Shown here in pieces: positions 57,510 through 64,000 of a DNA stretch of 64,000 nt. The notes under the pieces were generated by a model that saw only the letters and a list, made by a program, of their open reading frames with translations, had not been told where the DNA came from and did not search any database. Source of the DNA: a virus; IMG/VR virus record IMGVR_UViG_3300031133_000426; one strand, written 5' to 3'. The position numbers and the translations under genes were made by a program. Position 1 is the stretch's first letter. Every line of letters begins with the position of its first letter.

Positions 57510-57851
57510 ATGAGCACTAATCTGAAAGCCCTTCTCAATAAACTGCAAAACGGTGAAATCGAAGCCGTTGAATTTGGTGAGCCGGGTAAGCCCTTTGGTT
57601 TCATGAGTAGCCATCGTATCATTTTTATCCCAACTGCTGGTGGTACTCAATTCTGTATCAAAGAGGTTACCGGTCGTGGACTGGGTTCTGGTATGTATCT
57701 GGGGTTGGATGTTGATGCAGTCGTCAAATCCTCTGAACAACAAGTTGAACATTACATGCGTCCCCACCCCAATCCAAAGATTCAAGAAATGATTGCTAAA
57801 AAAGGTGATCGTACCAAACTCGAATACTTCGCTGTTCCTAAAACAGCTTGA
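57510..57851 (+). CDS. hypothetical protein
   Basis: AAGGA SD; terminator. Confidence 0.7.
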   Translation: MSTNLKALLNKLQNGEIEAVEFGEPGKPFGFMSSHRIIFIPTAGGTQFCIKEVTGRGLGSGMYLGLDVDAVVKSSEQQVEHYMRPHPNPKIQEMIAKKGDRTKLEYFAVPKTA

Positions 57852-57965
57852 TCGGCTTGCTTCACAATAAGACCCAGCTAAATGTTGGGTCTTTTATTTT
57901 ATAATTATTGTCATTTTTGTTTTTTTTCTGTATAATACCTCTAGTGAATCAATTGGAGCTTTATC

Positions 57966-58751
57966 ATGTTCGCTTTGAAATCCCTTTCTAACTCTGTTAA
58001 AGCTCTTGTTATGAGTGACTTGCATCTCGAACATGGCAATAACATCGAGATTCCTATTATTGAGGGCGTCAAATTTCTTATTCTTGCAGGTGACATTGGC
58101 AGCTACCAGTCGCATCTTGATTTTATCAAAGATTGTGCTTCCAAATACACTGTTATCTATATTTTGGGTAATCATGAATTTTATGGATTTACCTTGAAAG
58201 AAGTTCGTGATTTTTGGTCGTCAGTCAAGATTGATAATTTCCATTTTCTGGATAATTCATCTGTTGTCATTGATGGTATTGAATTTATTGGTTCAACCTT
58301 GTGGATTGACTTCGACCGTCAAAATTTTCATACAATGTATAATGCTCCCACTGAAATTAAAGACTTTCAAAAGATCTTTAATGCCAATAATGATGAATAT
58401 ATCACCCCGGAAGATATCTATTCAGAGTTTGAAAAGTCATATGCTTGTTTGAAAGAGGCTTTGTACAATGATAATGGATATGTGAAGGTTCTGGTCACTC
58501 ACTATGGTTTTTCTCACCAAAGTGTTCACCCAAGCTATCGTGAGCATCAATCAGATTTGAAGATGAACCACTATTTTACTAATGATTTGGATAACTTCAT
58601 TGGTAATTCACTGGCCAAAATTGCTATTCATGGTCATATGCATACATCAGCCGACTATATGCTGGGTGATGTTCACGTTGTTTGTGAGCCTGTGGGTTAT
58701 CCTAATGCGATTAACCCTGAGTTCCATTTCAAAGTCATAGACTTGAAGTAA
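57966..58751 (+). CDS. calcineurin-like metallophosphoesterase
   Basis: SDLH, AGDIG, GNHE, THY, HGHMH. Confidence 0.9.
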   Translation: MFALKSLSNSVKALVMSDLHLEHGNNIEIPIIEGVKFLILAGDIGSYQSHLDFIKDCASKYTVIYILGNHEFYGFTLKEVRDFWSSVKIDNFHFLDNSSVVIDGIEFIGSTLWIDFDRQNFHTMYNAPTEIKDFQKIFNANNDEYITPEDIYSEFEKSYACLKEALYNDNGYVKVLVTHYGFSHQSVHPSYREHQSDLKMNHYFTNDLDNFIGNSLAKIAIHGHMHTSADYMLGDVHVVCEPVGYPNAINPEFHFKVIDLK

Positions 58752-58818
58752 CTAAACAGGTTGATTGTGCATAAATCGACATTATTCAATCACTATAAAC
58801 ATCTATTTGGAGCATTTT

Positions 58819-59043
58819 ATGGATATCAGTAAAGCGGCAGCAATTGAACTTTTGGATAAAATTGACAAGATCGATGCGGCAGGCAATCTTATTACGGTAC
58901 TTGGTGGCTTTTCAAAAATTTTGGCGATTCGTACGTTTACTGTTGAATTGAGTGCGGCTGATGCAGATATCAATCAAGTAATTAAGGTCAGTGATCACCT
59001 TTACAATGATTTTGCTCCAAAAATCCTTAAATGGACTTTGTAG
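58819..59043 (+). CDS. hypothetical protein
   Basis: GGAG SD before MDISK. Confidence 0.6.
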   Translation: MDISKAAAIELLDKIDKIDAAGNLITVLGGFSKILAIRTFTVELSAADADINQVIKVSDHLYNDFAPKILKWTL

Positions 59044-59238
59044 ATTTTGTATTTACACTTTTTTTTGAAAGACCTATTCGTAGGTCTTTTTGCTTTTTTG
59101 TCAAGATAAAATTTATCTAAATAATTGAAAAATAAGCAAAAAAATTGCTTGACCCCAACGATGATTTTCTCTATACTTCTCACATCAAGACGAAACGGAG
59201 AAACATAATCTTGCAACAATGACTCAGCACTTCTTGCG

Positions 59239-59330
59239 AGTGGCTTATTTTGGAACAACAACTTCGGTTGCCAATATAGCTTGCAAGTATGGAAAACTAC
59301 TCGGTGCAGACATAAATAGAGTAGGCCACT
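59239..59330 (+). ncRNA. candidate multi-branched structured RNA ahead of tRNA-Leu(CAA)
   Basis: AGTGGC/GCCACT closing stem, TTATTTTGG/CCAATATAG, CAAC-TTCG-GTTG, CTACTC/GAGTAG; single copy. Confidence 0.45.
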
Positions 59331-59341
59331 ATTAACATTAT

Positions 59342-59426
59342 GCCCATGTGGTGAAATTGGTAGACGCGGTGGATTCAAAATCCTCTGTCGAAAGACGTGC
59401 CGGTTCGAGTCCGGCCTTGGGCACCA
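59342..59426 (+). tRNA. tRNA-Leu (CAA)
   Basis: Anticodon loop TTCAAAA; long variable arm; CCA; one mismatch each in acceptor and anticodon stems. Confidence 0.9.
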
Positions 59427-59438
59427 ATTTAGAGTTTC

Positions 59439-59523
59439 GCCCGGTTGGTGAAATCGGTAGACACAGAAGACTTAAAATCTTCCGACGAAGGTCGTGCCAG
59501 TTCGAGTCTGGCACCGGGCACCA
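59439..59523 (+). tRNA. tRNA-Leu (TAA), copy 3
   Basis: 1 nt different from each of the other copies. Confidence 0.97.
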
Positions 59524-59596
59524 GATTTAAAAAAGATTGAAAAACAGTTGTACAACTTAAGAGAATGCCTTAAAATGGCTCCACATTAACGAAATA

Positions 59597-59730
59597 GAGG
59601 ATAACAGATTTTTAGTAGGTTGGCATCCTACTGATTCAATCATCACCTAAGACCTTTGGTGGACCACTAAATCCAAAGTAGGGACTTTAACAAAGTATCA
59701 AAGTCGCTTGAAATAGATTGCTAGGTATTT
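59597..59730 (+). ncRNA. unidentified structured ncRNA, copy 2
   Basis: Promoter TTGTAC-17-TAAAAT (59548); covaries with 42924 copy. Confidence 0.8.
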
Positions 59731-59929
59731 CTAAATTAACTAATATAAACTATTAAATGTAATGATTTAGATGAATAGTAACACATTTTTAAATTAATCA
59801 CTAAGCTAATTTAATGTAAGTGCCAGAGGTGAACTACCAATGAAGCGTTAATAATCATCAAACTTTAATTAAGCTTATTTAAATTGATTTCATAGATGGT
59901 TTCGGTATCTTCCTTAACCATCAAACTAT

Positions 59930-60006
59930 GGGACTTTAGCTCAGTTGGTTAGAGCAACCGACTCATAATCGGCAGGTCGCAGGTTCAAGTCCTGCAAGTC
60001 CCACCA
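59930..60006 (+). tRNA. tRNA CAT, probably Ile2, copy 2
   Basis: Same as 43136 except compensatory T-stem change ACAGG/CCTGT to GCAGG/CCTGC. Confidence 0.9.
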
Positions 60007-60120
60007 AATACAAGATCCTGCAGAGATGTAGGATTTTTTTCTTCAGCTATGGTAATATTCTTATTTTCATGGTATACTCAGGTTCTGATATTCAAACATA
60101 ACCCACTCACAGAGGTTTTT

Positions 60121-60459
60121 ATGACCGCAATTTCACTTTCAGACATGGTTTTTGTTAAAGCTTCTGCTGATGAACTTGAAGCTGAATTTTCTGATATGTC
60201 CGGTCGTTTGGTAGAACATATTCCGGGTTCTTTCAAAGCGGCTTGTTTTCAGGTGTCCTATGAAATTCATGCCAAACTTGGCACTGATCAGTTTGCTGTT
60301 TACAGTTATTTGCGTAGTCGGATGTTGGAAAATTCACAATATGATGTTGTTGAAGAATTCAATAGCTTGCATAAAGTTTTTATCATGGCCATCAAGATTA
60401 CTGGTGAACGTTTTCATAAAACTTTGGTTGAAGCTCGTGAAAAGCGTTCACTGGGTTGA
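60121..60459 (+). CDS. hypothetical protein
   Basis: GAGG SD before MTAIS. Confidence 0.65.
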   Translation: MTAISLSDMVFVKASADELEAEFSDMSGRLVEHIPGSFKAACFQVSYEIHAKLGTDQFAVYSYLRSRMLENSQYDVVEEFNSLHKVFIMAIKITGERFHKTLVEAREKRSLG

Positions 60460-60607
60460 TTGGAACGTGTCTTTTGTGAGGTAGTCGCCTTCTACTTTTG
60501 GAAAGCCATCATCAAAACCTTGCCTTCATTGTAGTCTTTTGGTATACTTGTACAGTCTTAACAAATATGTTCATTCCATTAAAAATTAACTCGTAGGTCT
60601 TTGTGAT

Positions 60608-60832
60608 ATGGAAAAATTTGTCGGTATTGAGCTTCGAAATGTCCTCTTTGAGGGCGAAGAATACAAATCTATCTATGTGGATAAAGAATCCATTCAGCTT
60701 TATTATCCTGAGACTGATTTTTCTGATGAAAACCAAGTTTTCTTTCAAGCTTGTGAATATCTTGAAAATCATGGTAAAGATGTTGTGTCTTGCGAACACG
60801 CAAAAATCAACGAAATCTATTTGTCTAAATAA
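60608..60832 (+). CDS. small acidic protein
   Basis: AGGT SD; D/E-rich. Confidence 0.6.
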   Translation: MEKFVGIELRNVLFEGEEYKSIYVDKESIQLYYPETDFSDENQVFFQACEYLENHGKDVVSCEHAKINEIYLSK

Positions 60833-60922
60833 CATTTGATTTACATCGCATACGATAAAAGCTTGCCTTAGCCGCAGGCTTTTGTTATAATTACCCCATC
60901 GAAACGAACTAGGAATACCACC

Positions 60923-61510
60923 ATGGCTAAGCTCTACTTCCGTCACGCAGTTATGAACTCCGGCAAAAGCCTTGCTCTCTTGCAGGTAAACCATAACTAT
61001 GTCACCGAAGGTCGTGGAACGGTTCTGTTTTCTCACCAAATTGATAAACGTTATGGTGAAGGTGTTATCGCTTCTCGCCTTGGCGTTTCGGCTCCAAGCC
61101 TTTCCATTAACGAAGAAATCAACCTCTTCGATATTGTCAAGGATAAAGTGGATGCAGGTGAAGATGTGGCTTGCGTTCTTTGTGATGAAGTTCAATTCTA
61201 CACCCCTGCTCAAATCGACCAACTTTCAGATATTGTTGATGACCTCGACATTCCAGTTATCTGCTACGGTTTGAAGTCCACTTTCAAAGGTGAACTTTTT
61301 GCAGCTTCCAAACGCCTTGTTGAACTGGCTGATGTAATCGAAAGCCTTGATCAGGTTTGCTGGTGTGGTTGCAAGGCTCGCATGGTGCTCAAATACAACT
61401 CTGAAACAAACGAAATCATTCGTGATGGTCAAGAAGTTGAAGTAGGGGCTGAAAGCAAGTACCGCTCCGTATGCCGCAAACACTGGAAGCTGGGAATGCT
61501 CCATAAATAA
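60923..61510 (+). CDS. tdk: thymidine kinase (type II)
   Basis: MNSGKS P-loop, SRLG, DEVQF, YGLK..F.G.LF, CWCG...CRKH. Confidence 0.95.
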   Translation: MAKLYFRHAVMNSGKSLALLQVNHNYVTEGRGTVLFSHQIDKRYGEGVIASRLGVSAPSLSINEEINLFDIVKDKVDAGEDVACVLCDEVQFYTPAQIDQLSDIVDDLDIPVICYGLKSTFKGELFAASKRLVELADVIESLDQVCWCGCKARMVLKYNSETNEIIRDGQEVEVGAESKYRSVCRKHWKLGMLHK

Positions 61511-61651
61511 GCAACTTTACACATACAATAACAAAGACCGCACCCGTTGCGGTTTTTCTTGTTTTTAGGTTGCCATAATGTTATAATTCTTGCACTAAAG
61601 AAATGTTATTCAACCACGCATTCCCAAACCACTAATTTATGAAGGTGCCTT

Positions 61652-62101
61652 ATGGAACTCTTTAAAGTAAGTAAAGTCATACCCAATATTATTGACATTG
61701 TGTTGCTAACACTTGTTGCACTCTCAGTCTACTTCAAAAACATTCCAGTTGTCAGTTTGCCTTTGCTGATTATTGCTTGTCTTGCCATGGTCGCCTTGAT
61801 TGTTCGTCAAGTGATTGATTGCTGGAAACAAAAATCTGTCTACAATTTCACTATGCTGGTTACTGCTGCCAATCTGAAAATTGCTTATTCCAATAAGCTG
61901 ATGCAGGATATTATCATCTATGGCCTTCATTTCTATCTCTACTCCTTGAATCCGAACCCCATTTACTTGTTCAGTTTTGGTTTGTGCATGGTTTATGACT
62001 TGCTGATTTACAATGCGGCTTTCAACCCACTGATGCGTCAATATGTTGTAAATGCTGTCATGCGACAAGTGGAAAATGAACATAAGAAAACATCTGCTTG
62101 A
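61652..62101 (+). CDS. multi-pass membrane protein
   Basis: About four hydrophobic segments. Confidence 0.7.
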   Translation: MELFKVSKVIPNIIDIVLLTLVALSVYFKNIPVVSLPLLIIACLAMVALIVRQVIDCWKQKSVYNFTMLVTAANLKIAYSNKLMQDIIIYGLHFYLYSLNPNPIYLFSFGLCMVYDLLIYNAAFNPLMRQYVVNAVMRQVENEHKKTSA

Positions 62102-62213
62102 TTCTACAACCTAAAGGGCTTCGGCCCTTTTTTTATAAATGTCATTTTTATATTGCGAAAATAATGATTCAGTGTTATAATAAACCAACTCAAATAGATA
62201 AGGTAATAGCATC

Positions 62214-62651
62214 ATGTCGAAGTCTAATCAAATCCAAGAAAACTCTAACATCAACATTTATCAGTATCTTCGTGAACTGCAAAACTTTATTGCAACTAAA
62301 TCTCGCAGTAACCACTTCATGGCTATTGAGTTTATTAAAGATCAAAAAACACTCAAAGAAGTTCAATATAAAAATGATGCTGTTGAAAGTTCGGTTAAAC
62401 GTTTGGTTATACGTTACTGCCAGTATCTGGAAGGTGTCCGTGATCAGTCTGTTCAGTTTACTGCTGATGAATTGAACGCATTGACTGCAGTTCACAATAT
62501 GCTAAAACGAGATCTTCAAGAAGCCAAAGAAATATTGATTTCATTTTCTGCTGATCAAGATTCTTTGACTGCGGTTGATGACCAGATTGAAAAAAACTTA
62601 AAATCCCTTAAATCTTTTCTGGTCGTGGTCAATCTCGTTCGGTCTTTCTGA
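62214..62651 (+). CDS. helical hypothetical protein
   Basis: AAGGT SD; terminator. Confidence 0.7.
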   Translation: MSKSNQIQENSNINIYQYLRELQNFIATKSRSNHFMAIEFIKDQKTLKEVQYKNDAVESSVKRLVIRYCQYLEGVRDQSVQFTADELNALTAVHNMLKRDLQEAKEILISFSADQDSLTAVDDQIEKNLKSLKSFLVVVNLVRSF

Positions 62652-62782
62652 TTGAATCATAAATAGTTTATATGTAGGAGCTTCGGCTCCTTTTTTATTT
62701 TCTCTTTAAAATTTATCTTTACTGTTTACTTCTTTAGTATTATAATCATATCTCGTAATCCAGACAGCATATGGAGCTTTCA

Positions 62783-63055
62783 ATGAGTGTTCAAAAACGT
62801 CAAGCCCACCTTCTGAATGAAGCCAAAGCTCTCGCTTTCTTCTTTGGTGTTTCGAGTGAACGACTGTTGTCTTCTTTAAAAGTTTTTGATGATCTGTATG
62901 CTGACTCAAAACAGGTTGATGCTGATGAATTACATTCTGCTCTCAATGTCATTGATCTGGAAATTGAACGACTCTGTATTAACAACTCAATCACTGATGA
63001 CCAATTGGAAGACTGTATGGATAATAACTTTGCTTTCAAAAGTGTTGTCCTCTGA
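62783..63055 (+). CDS. hypothetical protein
   Basis: GGAG SD before MSVQK; terminator. Confidence 0.65.
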   Translation: MSVQKRQAHLLNEAKALAFFFGVSSERLLSSLKVFDDLYADSKQVDADELHSALNVIDLEIERLCINNSITDDQLEDCMDNNFAFKSVVL

Positions 63056-63168
63056 TTGTCCATATTTCATCTTACAAGGAGCTTTAGCTCCTTTTTTGTT
63101 GATAAAAAATCCTTTTTCTTGTATAATGTATCCATTGCATAAATGAACCTACTTAGTGAGATCTCGCT

Positions 63169-63672
63169 ATGAATGTCAAAAATCAAGAATATGACGATAT
63201 CAAAAAGCAGGTACTTAGCCACCTTCGCCGCAAAGGCTACTATACTCAACCTATCGTTCGTGCCTATCCTGTTACTATCCAAGTGCTCGATGACTTGGTT
63301 GCAGATGGCCTGATTATTGATAACACTGGTCGTTTTGGTAGCAATCAACGTCTCTATAACTCCACACCTTTACTGCCTAGTACCATTGTTGTTCGTAATC
63401 AGTTGGTTCAAAATCTAAAAGTGGGTAATCATTGTGGTCACTCTGGTACTTTATTTGCAAAACTCAATGAGCGATTCAATGAAGTTGATTGTAAGGATTT
63501 TGTTGAAGTTGGCGTAGTGGCGTTGGTAGAAGTTAAATATACTCCTAAAAACGTCTGGGAGCGTTTCCTAGGCCGTAATAGCGAAAAGTCTGTATTTCTT
63601 ACACTCTCTGATGGTTCCGTTACCAAAGTGGCCTATGACTCCATTTATCAAGTCATCCGGCCTGAGTTCTAA
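63169..63672 (+). CDS. hypothetical protein
   Basis: Promoter; terminator at ~63713. Confidence 0.7.
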   Translation: MNVKNQEYDDIKKQVLSHLRRKGYYTQPIVRAYPVTIQVLDDLVADGLIIDNTGRFGSNQRLYNSTPLLPSTIVVRNQLVQNLKVGNHCGHSGTLFAKLNERFNEVDCKDFVEVGVVALVEVKYTPKNVWERFLGRNSEKSVFLTLSDGSVTKVAYDSIYQVIRPEF

Positions 63673-64000
63673 GAAAAACTAATTTAAAATAATCAGTAAT
63701 TATCTAAACATAGGGAGCTTCGGCTCCTTTTGTCTTTGTTTTTTATTATCAAAGTATCTTTGAAAAATAGAATACATCACCTATCTATTTAATTCAATTA
63801 TTGAATAATACTTAAAAAAATTTAATAATTTAAAAATCTGTCTTCTAATTTTATTCAATATTATTATAATCCTCTTTATTGATGTTTTTTATTTTAATTC
63901 CTTAAATTTCTTAATATCTATTGATTTAATTTAATTATTTTGCTATTCTACTTCTCTATTTTGGAGATTACCATGCATACATCATTTTATCCAGTACTGA

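Noticed and set aside
63730-63960. Extremely AT-rich stretch as a replication origin
   Set aside because: No iterons or DnaA boxes seen; reads like decayed minus-strand coding remnants plus a promoter for the gene starting at 63973.
1-64000. CRISPR array or cas genes; integrase/integron attC array; reverse transcriptase (retron/DGR)
   Set aside because: No regularly spaced repeat-spacer units, no recombinase or RT (YxDD) motifs seen; repeats are promoter/terminator units with irregular spacing.

Overview
An AT-rich, gene-dense stretch that reads like the early/accessory region of a very large (jumbo-type) lytic phage. The phage assignment is an inference: the window contains no capsid, replication, integrase or CRISPR genes. 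About 120 mostly short ORFs lie almost all on the + strand, and most are self-contained cassettes (sigma70-like promoter, SD, ORF, intrinsic terminator). Recognisable products are a T4 Rnl1-type RNA ligase, Tpt1/KptA RNA 2'-phosphotransferase, cytidine deaminase, ADP-ribose-type NUDIX hydrolase, thymidine kinase, a calcineurin-like phosphoesterase, a YkgJ Cys-cluster protein, a PH-domain membrane protein, GNATs, HNH and Zn-repeat endonucleases, and seven tRNAs (Leu-TAA x3, Leu-CAA, Arg-TCT, CAT/probable Ile2 x2). The most interesting signals are not in the ORF track: (1) a ~135-nt structured RNA duplicated inside two tRNA operons, with four compensatory base-pair changes; (2) a ~50-nt covarying stem/pseudoknot leader repeated at three transcription starts; (3) a triplicated 43-44-aa basic microprotein (MQGS...RHQDA[DE]); (4) direct-repeat terminator/promoter units flanking single genes, suggesting recombinational cassette shuffling. 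All product calls come from motif recognition by eye; no database search was run, so novelty is untested.
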